From positions 1 through 38,405 of IMG/VR virus record IMGVR_UViG_3300027835_000012: a stretch of 38,405 nucleotides of DNA; one strand, given 5' to 3'. The stretch comes from a virus. Taxonomy: Duplodnaviria > Caudoviricetes. A model generated the notes under the pieces. It made no database searches, was not told the origin of the DNA, and saw nothing but the letters and a program-made list of their open reading frames with translations. Positions 16,677-26,356 of the stretch are shown here, one piece after another (within the stretch, counting starts at the first letter, position 1; the number at the start of each line of letters is the position of its first letter). The position numbers and the translations under genes are program-made.

Positions 16677-18506
16677 ATGAAACGCCGCATCCGACCTAAA
16701 ACTGTAGAGAAATACGGCGAGGTCTGGGATGTCTTCGGTAATGATGATGATGCACGGATCGAGCTTGGAGCCGTCGCTCAAATGGGAACCTGGAAAGGCA
16801 AACAGGGACAACCATGCGGCAAAGGATTATTTTACCACGTTCGAGCGTTCCAAAAGCTGGCGTTCCCGGATAAATACTGGCATCGGTGGAATGAAGGATT
16901 GATCCTGCCGGAACTTTGCAAGACCGGACGGCTCGCACTTTTCGGACCTAGTTCTACCGGAAAATCGTTGGAGTTTTCCGCATTCGCGTTGTCAATGTTT
17001 TATGCACGACCGATAGCGACCACAGTGATTATATCATCCACAACTCTCGATGCTCTCCGGCGTAGAATTTGGGATTACGTTGTGCAACTTCATAAGAGTG
17101 CCAAAAAAGTTTTCCCGTGGCTTGCCGGTCATCTGATCGAATCCAAAAACATGCTTCTCGCTCAGCCTGCAACCGAAGATTTTCGTTCCTTAAAGTCTGG
17201 TATCCTGGGCGTAGCCTGTAAACGCGGTGGCCAATGGCAGGGATTGGAAGAGTACATTGGCACGAAAGCTGGTGATCTTTCCGAAGAACAATCCGGTGTA
17301 TTTATCCTTGGAGCCGATGAAGTTATGGCAGTTCCGATGGGCATAATTGATTCTCTCGCCAATCTCGAATCCAACCCGATTTGTTTCGCGGCGTTCATGG
17401 GCAACCTGCCAGATATCCACAACCCGCTCGCAAAAGCCGCAGAGCCTAAACTAGGTTGGGAATCTCTGCCTGATACAAAGGTCAGCCGTGTTTACGAAAC
17501 ACGTTGGTACAATGGGCGGGCAGTCCAACTCATCGGCTACGATTCTCCGAATCTGGATTTCCCGGAAGGGCACGAACCTTACAAGAATCTAATTGGACGA
17601 CGTTATATTGATCAATGCCGCCACAATTACGGAGAACAATCAGACAGATTCAACATGTTCGCCGTGGGCCAGATTCCGAAATCCACGGCGGATCGCCGTG
17701 TGTTTTCCAAGTCCGACTGCTACAAATTCAACGCATTTGACCCAGTGACATGGAGCCATGAGAAATTGGTTAAAGGTTACATGCTCGACGTGGCATATAG
17801 CGGCACGGGTGGTGACCGCACGGCGGGTGCGCCCTTCATTTTAGGAAAGGACGCAACTCACAATTGGAGATTCTGGTGCGGACCCATTCGGGTTTATCAA
17901 GGGAGCGAAATAGCAAATGTAAGCCATGCTGAGGCCATTGTGAGACAATGCAAGGCCGACTGTGAACAGGCTGGAATTCCACCGGCACATGTATTTTTTG
18001 ATGGAACTGGCCGCTCGGAATTTATGAAGGCATTCGCTGACATTGGATGGACTCAGGTTGTTCCAATTCAATTCGGAGGACCAGCAAGTGATCGGGAATG
18101 CTTTACCGGTCAGAAACATCTTGTCGGAGACAATCAAGGTGAACGCATGACCTGCCGGGAGGCATACGATAGATTTGTGACTGAGCTTTGGTTCGCGTTA
18201 GCGCATTGTATTCGTTCCGATCAAATGCGGGGCATGTCTGAGGAAGCGGCGGATGAAGCTTGCCAGCGTCGATGGGATGAAGCGCGTGGCGGACGGCAAT
18301 CAGTTGAGACCAAGGATGAAATGCGTAAGCGGACAAGCCGAAGCCCAGACCTTGGCGACATGCTCGTCGCTGGCATTGAAGGTGCGCGTCGTTTGGGTTT
18401 TCCACTTGGACAAACGCCACAGGTGAAACGTAAACGTGATATGTGGATAAGACATCTTCAGGACAAGGAACAGGAACAAAGAAAAGAGGAATTGCTCACA
18501 GCATGA
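16677..18506 (+). CDS. terL: Terminase large subunit
   Basis: Walker A GPSSTGKS, Walker B FILGADE, nuclease motifs LDVAYSGTGGD, FFDGTG and RSPDLGD. Confidence 0.93.
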   Translation: MKRRIRPKTVEKYGEVWDVFGNDDDARIELGAVAQMGTWKGKQGQPCGKGLFYHVRAFQKLAFPDKYWHRWNEGLILPELCKTGRLALFGPSSTGKSLEFSAFALSMFYARPIATTVIISSTTLDALRRRIWDYVVQLHKSAKKVFPWLAGHLIESKNMLLAQPATEDFRSLKSGILGVACKRGGQWQGLEEYIGTKAGDLSEEQSGVFILGADEVMAVPMGIIDSLANLESNPICFAAFMGNLPDIHNPLAKAAEPKLGWESLPDTKVSRVYETRWYNGRAVQLIGYDSPNLDFPEGHEPYKNLIGRRYIDQCRHNYGEQSDRFNMFAVGQIPKSTADRRVFSKSDCYKFNAFDPVTWSHEKLVKGYMLDVAYSGTGGDRTAGAPFILGKDATHNWRFWCGPIRVYQGSEIANVSHAEAIVRQCKADCEQAGIPPAHVFFDGTGRSEFMKAFADIGWTQVVPIQFGGPASDRECFTGQKHLVGDNQGERMTCREAYDRFVTELWFALAHCIRSDQMRGMSEEAADEACQRRWDEARGGRQSVETKDEMRKRTSRSPDLGDMLVAGIEGARRLGFPLGQTPQVKRKRDMWIRHLQDKEQEQRKEELLTA

Positions 18507-18784
18507 TACTCTGCTTTGATAAGATATTGTCGGATGATGATGTTCGCAAATCAATGACTGAGCTTTTATCATTTATGAATTCCGACTTTGAATTATCAGA
18601 GGGCCTTAAAGCAAAAAACTACAACCATGTTAACTGTCCTACCTGTGGCGGGCAAGGCACCATGAAGTTTGTTAAGAACATCGCTGGTTTAAATGTTGAA
18701 AACACAACGTCATTTACGAGGGTGGTTGTTTGCTATCACTGCGGAGGTAAAGGCCATCTGAAAGAATTATCCGCCAGCAAATGA
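18503..18784 (+). CDS. DnaJ-type zinc-finger protein
   Basis: CPTCGGQG and CYHCGGKG; ATGA overlap with terL. Confidence 0.7.
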   Translation: MILCFDKILSDDDVRKSMTELLSFMNSDFELSEGLKAKNYNHVNCPTCGGQGTMKFVKNIAGLNVENTTSFTRVVVCYHCGGKGHLKELSASK

Positions 18785-19101
18785 CTCTGACCAATCTTAG
18801 AGACATGCCACCCGGTGGTTATCGGTACCGTGAGCCGTCAATCAATTGGGTCGTGCCGAACCCATTCTTGCCTATTGACATGGTTGCGCAGGAATTACAG
18901 AAGGCACGGGCAAACAATCCATTTGCGGGACTGAATCCATCATTTAATGCCTGCCTTGATGCAATCAAAGCCTATACGTGCGCCAGACTCAATTTTGATC
19001 CAAAATATTGCGGGCCTAAATCGGGAACTTCTCCAGTGTCAGCAGTGCAGGGTAGCTTTGGAATACCAATAGCAGGTTGTGGAACATGTGGCGGACAATG
19101 A
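18781..19101 (+). CDS. Hypothetical phage protein with Cys-containing C-terminus
   Basis: MPPGGYRY...GCGTCGG; start and stop overlap neighbours. Confidence 0.7.
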   Translation: MTLTNLRDMPPGGYRYREPSINWVVPNPFLPIDMVAQELQKARANNPFAGLNPSFNACLDAIKAYTCARLNFDPKYCGPKSGTSPVSAVQGSFGIPIAGCGTCGGQ

Positions 19102-19292
19102 AAATGACTGCCGATGAAATACGGAGAGTGTTTAAGAAAGGCCAAAAGCACTTTGTCATCGTGGATTCATGGGGCAATTACAAGGATCTGACTATCTTTC
19201 GAGCCGTGAGACTAGACGGGGAATTTGTGGTCAAGAACAATGAATATGAAATGATCATCTCTGATAATGGAAGACGAAGGAATACTGAGTGA
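19098..19292 (+). CDS. Hypothetical protein
   Basis: ATGA overlap with the preceding gene. Confidence 0.55.
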   Translation: MKMTADEIRRVFKKGQKHFVIVDSWGNYKDLTIFRAVRLDGEFVVKNNEYEMIISDNGRRRNTE

Positions 19293-19480
19293 ACTTAAAT
19301 GAAGCTAAACGCATGAAAACACTTGGTCAAATAGCTTATGAAGCGTACTGTAATCACACAGGATGGAAATCACTTGTCAGTGGTGCGCCGCTCCCAGTTT
19401 GGAAAGACCTCGACAAAACCATTAAAATTGCTTGGGAAGTCGCTGGAAAAGCAGCGAATGAAGTTCAAATTATCGAATAA
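19289..19480 (+). CDS. Hypothetical phage protein
   Basis: 'LGQIAYEAY...G..LP.W..L....AW' is a familiar small phage protein pattern. Confidence 0.65.
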   Translation: MNLNEAKRMKTLGQIAYEAYCNHTGWKSLVSGAPLPVWKDLDKTIKIAWEVAGKAANEVQIIE

Positions 19481-19505
19481 CTGTGACGTTCAATGACCTG
19501 ACTCA

Positions 19506-19694
19506 ATGAGCACGAAAATAAACCAATGCAACCAATGTAATACAGTAATTAAAGACAAACATGAAGTGCGTCTTGAAATGGATACGCCTGGGAGTGGCAC
19601 CATTCAAACATGCGATTTTAGAAGATTTTGCAGCATTGAATGTTGTGCCGCCTGGGTTGTAAAAATTCGCCGCATATTATCAGTTGAATTGTGA
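19506..19694 (+). CDS. Small Cys-rich (zinc-binding) protein
   Basis: CNQC...FCSIEC. Confidence 0.6.
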   Translation: MSTKINQCNQCNTVIKDKHEVRLEMDTPGSGTIQTCDFRRFCSIECCAAWVVKIRRILSVEL

Positions 19695-20083
19695 CTATAA
19701 AGGAAGCCACGCAATTCTTTGAGCTTTATTCTCAATGGATCGGAGAAGGACTTCGTCCGGTCCCAAAAGAACAAGCCCAGGAAAGAGCAAATGTATGTCT
19801 GAAATGCCCTCTCAATCAACCCAAGAGAACAGGTGAATTCCTAAAAACCGAAGTTGCGCTCCTGGTCAGGAGACAGATCGAACTGAAAAACCAAATGAAC
19901 CTGCGCATCGATGGCGAAAAATCGTTGCATATCTGCACCGGATGCGGATGCAGTCTAAAACTAAAGCCGTGGGTTCCAATCGAGATGATACGCAACACGA
20001 CCGACATCACCAAACTAAACCAGAGTGAACCGCGATGTTGGATTTTGAACGAATCGGATAGAGGAAATTGCCATGACAATTGA
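19691..20083 (+). CDS. Cys-rich hypothetical phage protein
   Basis: ERANVCLKCPLN...CTGCGCSLKLK...CW. Confidence 0.7.
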   Translation: MTIKEATQFFELYSQWIGEGLRPVPKEQAQERANVCLKCPLNQPKRTGEFLKTEVALLVRRQIELKNQMNLRIDGEKSLHICTGCGCSLKLKPWVPIEMIRNTTDITKLNQSEPRCWILNESDRGNCHDN

Positions 20084-20507
20084 AATGCTACCATTGGGAA
20101 CGACTCGTGAAATAGTCAAAAACAATCTTCGTAAGCTGGAAGAAATGTTGGCCGCTGGAAACAAGGTCAGAGAGGATGAAAAAACATGGTTCGAATCTCT
20201 CACGCCAGAGGAGAAAAGGCGGGAGGTGGAAGGACCATCCCTGGAAGATGGATTTGAAAGATGCCCAATTTGCGAAGTCATTCCAAGACCACGCTGGTCC
20301 CTTTCTGAGGGTTATGAAATACACTGCGTGTTCGTTTACAATTACGATAAATCTCGAAATGCGGAGTTTAAGGCCAAGCTAGATTCATGCCCGGAGCATG
20401 GCCCATCTAGTAAAACACAGAGCACGCAAAGATTTTGGAACGTTCGATTTAAGACCTTTGAGGAAATGGTAAACGCCTGGAATGCTTCTTTACCTAAATC
20501 AAAGTGA
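20073..20507 (+). CDS. Hypothetical protein (Lar-like zinc ribbon)
   Basis: CPIC...C...C...AWN ending. Confidence 0.55.
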   Translation: MTIEMLPLGTTREIVKNNLRKLEEMLAAGNKVREDEKTWFESLTPEEKRREVEGPSLEDGFERCPICEVIPRPRWSLSEGYEIHCVFVYNYDKSRNAEFKAKLDSCPEHGPSSKTQSTQRFWNVRFKTFEEMVNAWNASLPKSK

Positions 20508-20540
20508 GCCGCGATGCTGGATTTTAACCGAAACAGAGAA

Positions 20541-20738
20541 ATGAATAAATGTAAAGAATGCCGATGGTGGGACCAAATGGTCGCCACACTAGGAAGCCCC
20601 ATGCAAATACCCAAGTTCTGCTATGGAGACGATATGTCCACCGTAAACGGCGGACGATGCCGCAGATATGCACCCAAGGGAGAATTCCCGTTCACACGTG
20701 AAGACGATTGGTGCGGAGAGTTTGAATTAAGGAATTAA
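20541..20738 (+). CDS. Small Cys-rich phage protein
   Basis: CKECRWW...GRCRRYAP...FPFT..DDWCGEF; alternative start at 20514. Confidence 0.7.
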   Translation: MNKCKECRWWDQMVATLGSPMQIPKFCYGDDMSTVNGGRCRRYAPKGEFPFTREDDWCGEFELRN

Positions 20739-20757
20739 GCCCGCAGACGATACGCTT

Positions 20758-22323
20758 ATGAAGCTTCTGGTGGTTCTGCCGTTCTGTAAATCCGATTGCA
20801 CGACAGCATTGAAGCTTGTCTCATGGATCATTGAATTGGGAGGTTGCCTGGAGAATGATTGCTTGCTCGTTGCATCAAACTCAGTTTCAGAATCCGAAAT
20901 GAAATTGGTCAAGGCAAAGGCCGACGCCGCCTTTCGATCTTCGACGTTGATCCAACCACCTTTCGCACTGGCCAAAGAAGACCATCCACGTGGCGCTAAC
21001 TGGCTTTTCGAGACGGCGTGCAAACTAATCAGCGGTCTTGATGAACCTTCACCATTTCTTTGGCTTGAAGCCGACGCCGTCCCAACCCGCGCTGGTTGGC
21101 TTGATGATATCGAAAAGGAATATGACAAAGCGCTGAAAAATAAATGTTCGATCCTAAGCCATGTCACAACTCTCAATCTCCCTCAGTTTCCAAGGCGAAT
21201 CCCATCTGGAATCTCTGTTTATCCAGCCGACGCATGGAGTATTTACAAGGGAATTTCGATTAACCGAAGTGTCGCTTGGGATGTCCAATTTGCCGATCTG
21301 GTGATGCCTTATGTCCAGACGACCGATTTGATCTTTAACTTTCTGAATCACGAGACAAAACCGACTTGGGTATCGCGTCGAACTGAGATCATGCCTAAGA
21401 ATGCAATTCTGGTTTCGAGCCTGCCAAAGAATTGCGTCTTAGCTCATCCCTCGCATGACGGCTCGCTCATTTCAGTGTTGCGCGGTGACGGTGAACCCAC
21501 CGCTATGCAGTTGCTCACGGCCTGGAAACTAGCGAAGGAAACACAAGGATGTATCACTGAGGGAACATTTCAAGTCAGAACGATACCACCGATAAAATAC
21601 ATCCACGCGGTCGAGAGACACGTTCAAGCCACAGTGGAGGATGAGCAGCGGGTTTTGCGAGCGGTCAATAGCTGGATAAAGCTCTATCGCACCGGTCGTC
21701 TTATCCCTTGCCATGTTTGGGATTATCCCCGTGACTCGCGTGAGGTGAGCGATACTCGCGCACTCCCGTTCCTCAAGGACATCCTCATCGAAGGAATGAC
21801 AACTGCCGGTCCCAATGACGTGATTGTCTTCACCAATGACGATACAATCCTCCATCCGCGCTTGTTGGAACCTCTGGATGAAGCCATGAAACGCGCCCCC
21901 GCAGTTGGATCATTCCGGCTTAATTTCACTCCTGGTAATGTCCCCAATGGTGAGATGAACCTCGCGGATATTCTTGCAAATGGAAAATCCGATCTTGGCC
22001 GCGACTTGATGGCCTTCAAGAAGCTATGGCTCATCGACAACTGGTTCAATATTCCCGACTTCTTCGTGGGCGAATTGGAATTTGACCTCGTGCTTACCGC
22101 GATGATCCGGCGAAGTGTTGGAGTGTTCACGGATAGGAGGAACATCATCGAGCCGCAAATTGAGTGTGAAATTCCACGCGGCTATGTCCTTCACGAAAAC
22201 CACCTTCGCCCGTGGGTCAGTCCTGTGAACAAGAACGCACCGGCGAAGATGCACAACCGCAGATTGGCCGTTCAATGGTACTCGAGCAACGGGTATCCTG
22301 GATTGATTTCTAATTTCTCGTGA
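20758..22323 (+). CDS. Two-domain GT-A-like glycosyltransferase
   Basis: DxD-like motifs FLWLEAD and IVFTNDD in two separate halves. Confidence 0.6.
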   Translation: MKLLVVLPFCKSDCTTALKLVSWIIELGGCLENDCLLVASNSVSESEMKLVKAKADAAFRSSTLIQPPFALAKEDHPRGANWLFETACKLISGLDEPSPFLWLEADAVPTRAGWLDDIEKEYDKALKNKCSILSHVTTLNLPQFPRRIPSGISVYPADAWSIYKGISINRSVAWDVQFADLVMPYVQTTDLIFNFLNHETKPTWVSRRTEIMPKNAILVSSLPKNCVLAHPSHDGSLISVLRGDGEPTAMQLLTAWKLAKETQGCITEGTFQVRTIPPIKYIHAVERHVQATVEDEQRVLRAVNSWIKLYRTGRLIPCHVWDYPRDSREVSDTRALPFLKDILIEGMTTAGPNDVIVFTNDDTILHPRLLEPLDEAMKRAPAVGSFRLNFTPGNVPNGEMNLADILANGKSDLGRDLMAFKKLWLIDNWFNIPDFFVGELEFDLVLTAMIRRSVGVFTDRRNIIEPQIECEIPRGYVLHENHLRPWVSPVNKNAPAKMHNRRLAVQWYSSNGYPGLISNFS

Positions 22324-23015
22324 ATGCAATCAGCTTTTCCCTCTTCGGAAACGATCCGATGTTCTGCATCGGGGCGGTGAAGAACGCGGCACTGACAACG
22401 AAAGTATATCCCGGCTGGAAGTGTGTTTTCTACGTTGACTATACGGTTCCGAAAGAGATCATGCAGGAACTCAAATCGTTGAAGGTGGAAGTACGTCAGA
22501 GCGATGAGCGAATCAAGAACGGAATGTTTTGGCGATTCTTGATCAATGACGATCCTTCGGTTGAACGGTTCATCGTGCGCGATTGCGATAGCCGGTTGAG
22601 CCAACGCGAGGCTAAGGCAGTCAAGGAATGGATCGACTCAGGACTGGATTGGCACGTCATGGGAGATCACCCAGCTCACTCGTTGCCCATTGGCGGAGGA
22701 CTATTTGGTGGCAAAACCGACGTGGTTAAAGATATGACGGGGCAGATCATTCGAAGCGGTTGTGGGGCGCGGTCGTACGATCGAGCAACCAGTTATTGCT
22801 TGGATCAAATATTCCTTGCCCGCTACATTTATCCACTGGTCAAGAAGTCTTTGCTTCGCCATGACAGTTGCACTCGACAGCTTTACCCGGACGCAAGGCC
22901 ATTTCCTGACGGCTGCAAGTTTGGTGAAGACAGATTTGTTGGCGAGATCGTGAATCCTGACGATACGCCGCATCCTGTGCATTTCCAGCAAAGGACAAAC
23001 TTTCAACACGCATGA
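22320..23015 (+). CDS. Putative glycosyltransferase (ISFSLFG...RDxDSR family)
   Basis: ISFSLFG...YPGW...MFWRFL...IVRDCDSR...DHPAH...GGLFG...DQIFL. Confidence 0.7.
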   Translation: MNAISFSLFGNDPMFCIGAVKNAALTTKVYPGWKCVFYVDYTVPKEIMQELKSLKVEVRQSDERIKNGMFWRFLINDDPSVERFIVRDCDSRLSQREAKAVKEWIDSGLDWHVMGDHPAHSLPIGGGLFGGKTDVVKDMTGQIIRSGCGARSYDRATSYCLDQIFLARYIYPLVKKSLLRHDSCTRQLYPDARPFPDGCKFGEDRFVGEIVNPDDTPHPVHFQQRTNFQHA

Positions 23016-23761
23016 AAGAAGCTTTATTGTACGGCCACCTCGGCTTAGGCGATCACCTGATTTGCAATGCACTCGTGCGTGAATTGGCCAAGACACGAAG
23101 AGTCATCGTACTCTGCAAGCATCACAATGCCGCCTCTGTTGCCTTCATGTTTCGGGACTCAACAGCCATAGAAGTGTTTGGGATTAAAGATGATGCTGAG
23201 GCAAAAGAAGCCACGGAAATGATTTCCAAGCACGGCATTGAAGTTGTCCGACTTGGGATGCACACAAAGGAAAAGTGGGACATTTCGAAGTGGGATGAAT
23301 CGTTTTTCGGGCAGGCTGGAGTGCCTTTTCAGCAGCGCTGGAATGGGTTCAAGGTGGACCGCCAGCCCAGCCGAGAGCTTGCGCTGACCAAGAACGGCGA
23401 TGGAAATCTTCACGCCACATTCGATCCAGTCCCAACGCCACCAAAAGGCAATTACGCCTTCGTCCATGACGATGTAACTCGCGGCTTTCAAATCGACCGG
23501 TCGCTCGTTCGAAAGGGAAGGCCAATGATCTCGCCTGTGTTGATAAAACCGACCAATGGCGGAGAGCCGAACATTTTCGATTGGTGGGGCATCATCGAAG
23601 GCGCGGGAGAAATCCATTGCATCGACTCATCGTTTCTCTGCTTAATCGACTCACTACCATGCCTAAAGGCAAAGAAGTACGTTCTGCACCTTTACGCAAC
23701 GTTCCAGCAAAAACCCACTGGACCGCCGAAATTGGCTAAGCCTTGGGAGATTCTGAAATGA
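23012..23761 (+). CDS. GT-B (heptosyltransferase-like) glycosyltransferase
   Basis: HLGLGDHL N-terminal motif and IHCIDSS C-terminal motif. Confidence 0.7.
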   Translation: MKEALLYGHLGLGDHLICNALVRELAKTRRVIVLCKHHNAASVAFMFRDSTAIEVFGIKDDAEAKEATEMISKHGIEVVRLGMHTKEKWDISKWDESFFGQAGVPFQQRWNGFKVDRQPSRELALTKNGDGNLHATFDPVPTPPKGNYAFVHDDVTRGFQIDRSLVRKGRPMISPVLIKPTNGGEPNIFDWWGIIEGAGEIHCIDSSFLCLIDSLPCLKAKKYVLHLYATFQQKPTGPPKLAKPWEILK

Positions 23762-24534
23762 TCCACTTTCTGACCATCGTTCTCGACGGCTTACCTTGGC
23801 TCGCCCATATCTATCCTCAACTGGAAAAGTTGGATTTCGATTGGTCTTGGCGCGTGGTCGAGGGCGTCGCGGCGAACGTCAAAGATACATCATGGTGTAA
23901 ACCTCTAACACCGCGTCTGAGCGAAGACGGCACGACGCAATATTTGGATGCGCTCGCCGGTTACGATCCTCGCGTGATATTGTATCGCAAGGAACTTTGG
24001 AACGGAAAGGTTGCGATGGTCAATGAACCATTGCGGACTATGTACGAGCCTGGACTTCTATTCGAGATGGATTCGGATGAACTTTGGTCCGCAGAACAGA
24101 TCGGTAAAGTCCATCAGATGTTCTTGAATGATCCCAAAAAGAATTGCGCTTACTTTCGCTGCGACTATCGCGTTGGCCCACGGGTACGGATCACAAATGC
24201 AGACGGCGAACATTACGGCAATCATCACGCCTACGAGTGGAAGCGAGTCTGGCGTTTCTCTCCGGGGATGCGGTTCAAAACACACGAACCACCAGTGATA
24301 GAGAACTTCCAAGAGAATGCTATCAAGCACGAAGAAACGGCGAGGCTCGGACTCGTATTTGTCCATCAAGCCTACTCTACTGAGAAACAAATTGCATTTA
24401 AAGAAGCGTACTATCCTTCGTGTAAAGGCGCTTTAGAAGGCTGGCGGAAACTTCAACGAAACATGCGATGGCCCGTCGATCTTAAATCTTTCCTGCCTTG
24501 GGTCGGGGAAGGGGTCGTGGTGGATCGTATATGA
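23758..24534 (+). CDS. GT2-like glycosyltransferase
   Basis: SEDGT and MDSDELW motifs; FKTHEPP; FVHQAY. Confidence 0.75.
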   Translation: MIHFLTIVLDGLPWLAHIYPQLEKLDFDWSWRVVEGVAANVKDTSWCKPLTPRLSEDGTTQYLDALAGYDPRVILYRKELWNGKVAMVNEPLRTMYEPGLLFEMDSDELWSAEQIGKVHQMFLNDPKKNCAYFRCDYRVGPRVRITNADGEHYGNHHAYEWKRVWRFSPGMRFKTHEPPVIENFQENAIKHEETARLGLVFVHQAYSTEKQIAFKEAYYPSCKGALEGWRKLQRNMRWPVDLKSFLPWVGEGVVVDRI

Positions 24535-25169
24535 ATCTCAAACAAATTCGCGCGTCCAATCCAGACGTGTTCAATACCGATAAAGATAACCCGGATCACA
24601 CTTTCCACGGCAAAAGCTATCTGGACATTTTTGATCTTTACCTTTATCGACTCATCAAGGCTCAGGGAAACGTATTGGAAGTTGGAGTTCGCTGGGGAGG
24701 ATTCCTGAGAATGCTTCGCCGTTACTTCCCACAAGGAGAAATCCACGGTTTGGACATAGACCCATATTGCAAGGTCCACGAGTCGATAGGCGAAAAACAG
24801 TTCATTCATGTTTGTGACCAGTCCGATCCCAAAATGTTGACTTCAATCGCCGAGAAACACGGACCGTTCAAATTCATCAACGACGATGGCAGTCATGTTG
24901 TGGACCATATCATCTCGACCTTCGAGACCCTTTGGCCTGCCCTTACCCCTCGCGGAATTTACATTATCGAGGATACGCGCATAGCTTATGATGGTGTGGA
25001 TGGAGGCTGGCCGGGAATGCAATTCAACCGGCCCGGCACCCTCACGCAGAACGTCAGGAAAAAATTTGATGATCTGTTCTTGGGGAAGATAAAGGAAATG
25101 GATTATTTCCGAGGGGACATTTCCGCCGTCCATTTTCATCCAATGGTGGTTGTGATTGAAAAAGTTTGA
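24531..25169 (+). CDS. Class I SAM-dependent (sugar O-)methyltransferase
   Basis: TDK...H.Y...VLEVGV..GG...YFP...GLDID...DQSD...INDDGSH...GIYIIED. Confidence 0.85.
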   Translation: MNLKQIRASNPDVFNTDKDNPDHTFHGKSYLDIFDLYLYRLIKAQGNVLEVGVRWGGFLRMLRRYFPQGEIHGLDIDPYCKVHESIGEKQFIHVCDQSDPKMLTSIAEKHGPFKFINDDGSHVVDHIISTFETLWPALTPRGIYIIEDTRIAYDGVDGGWPGMQFNRPGTLTQNVRKKFDDLFLGKIKEMDYFRGDISAVHFHPMVVVIEKV

Positions 25170-25834
25170 ACGCGCACCGTTACATAATTGGAAGCGGCTA
25201 CGTTAATCATGGCGTGCCATTTAAAGAACACATCATGGAGACTTGGGGGGCTAATAACTGGAAATTTGCCGCTCCAAGGGCGGTTTTCGTGCTTTCAATG
25301 GCAGGTTCCCATTTTAGTCACCCTGCTATTAAGGAAGTAAATGTCGTGGGTGATTTGGGACATCATGACGATCTGCTTTACGGAAAGAAAACGCACAAGT
25401 TCTCTGGCGCAGCGGCGGCTATTTTAACGTTGGCTATGATCGCTTACTGCGATGAATCGGACTTCATCTACAAAGAACAGGATGCGCTCGCGTTCGGTTC
25501 ATGGGGCGATAAGATGTACGAAGAAATAGGGGATGCCGGATGTTTGCTTGGACCCAATGTACCTTGCCCGTCAGGAACCGCTCTCATCCTTATGCGCCAT
25601 TGGGCCATTCCAGAAATCGTAGGGAAATATCTACTCTCGCGGCCTGAACACGATTCATCCAGTCTTGTTGAACATCACTTTCACGATCTGGCAAAAGAAA
25701 ATCCAAGTCTTTTTAAATACCACACTTTCGGTTATGACAAACGCCGCCCTTACAACCTCGATGATAAAGTCTTTTGGTTGCAGCAACCTAATGAGAGTGA
25801 TCTGGAGAAGTTAGAACAAAAAGGTCTTCTATGA
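25166..25834 (+). CDS. Putative glycosyltransferase-like protein
   Basis: DFIYKEQD motif; coupled within the cassette; TTG start. Confidence 0.5.
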   Translation: MNAHRYIIGSGYVNHGVPFKEHIMETWGANNWKFAAPRAVFVLSMAGSHFSHPAIKEVNVVGDLGHHDDLLYGKKTHKFSGAAAAILTLAMIAYCDESDFIYKEQDALAFGSWGDKMYEEIGDAGCLLGPNVPCPSGTALILMRHWAIPEIVGKYLLSRPEHDSSSLVEHHFHDLAKENPSLFKYHTFGYDKRRPYNLDDKVFWLQQPNESDLEKLEQKGLL

Positions 25835-26337
25835 GCGAACGTGGACAGATCGAACCGGCGTCGGAATTTGGATTGGAATTAACACGTCTAGCTCAAGATG
25901 CTGAGCGCATCGTAGAAATTGGGTCCTGGCTTGGCGAAGGCTCGACTGCGGCTTTATCTAAAGGACTGGTTCATCCTTTTCAGCGCATGTGGTCGGTAGA
26001 TCAAGATGCACAAGCATGGCTGGCCGCATCCAGATTCCATGAAGATGAGAGAATCAGATTTATCAAGGACAGAACCGTAAATGTCCTGGAGGAATTGCCT
26101 GAGAAGATCGATCTGATTTTATTCGATGGCGGAGATGAAAGCACGGATGGGGAATTCGACTTGCTCTATTCTCGATGTCAAAAGTATATCGCTCTTGATG
26201 ACATCAATGAACGCAAAAATCGAAGACAGTTCGCGGCTCTGAAAGTACTCCGACCTATGATTCGGGAATGCCATCACGACCGAAACGGATGGGCTATTTT
26301 TGGGCCGTTCCAGGACAGCTTTACTAACAGCCCGTGA
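25831..26337 (+). CDS. Class I SAM-dependent methyltransferase
   Basis: IVEIGSWLGEGST...SVD...IDLILFDGG...ALDD. Confidence 0.8.
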   Translation: MSERGQIEPASEFGLELTRLAQDAERIVEIGSWLGEGSTAALSKGLVHPFQRMWSVDQDAQAWLAASRFHEDERIRFIKDRTVNVLEELPEKIDLILFDGGDESTDGEFDLLYSRCQKYIALDDINERKNRRQFAALKVLRPMIRECHHDRNGWAIFGPFQDSFTNSP

Positions 26338-26356
26338 CCGCTTATTCTTGAATGGA

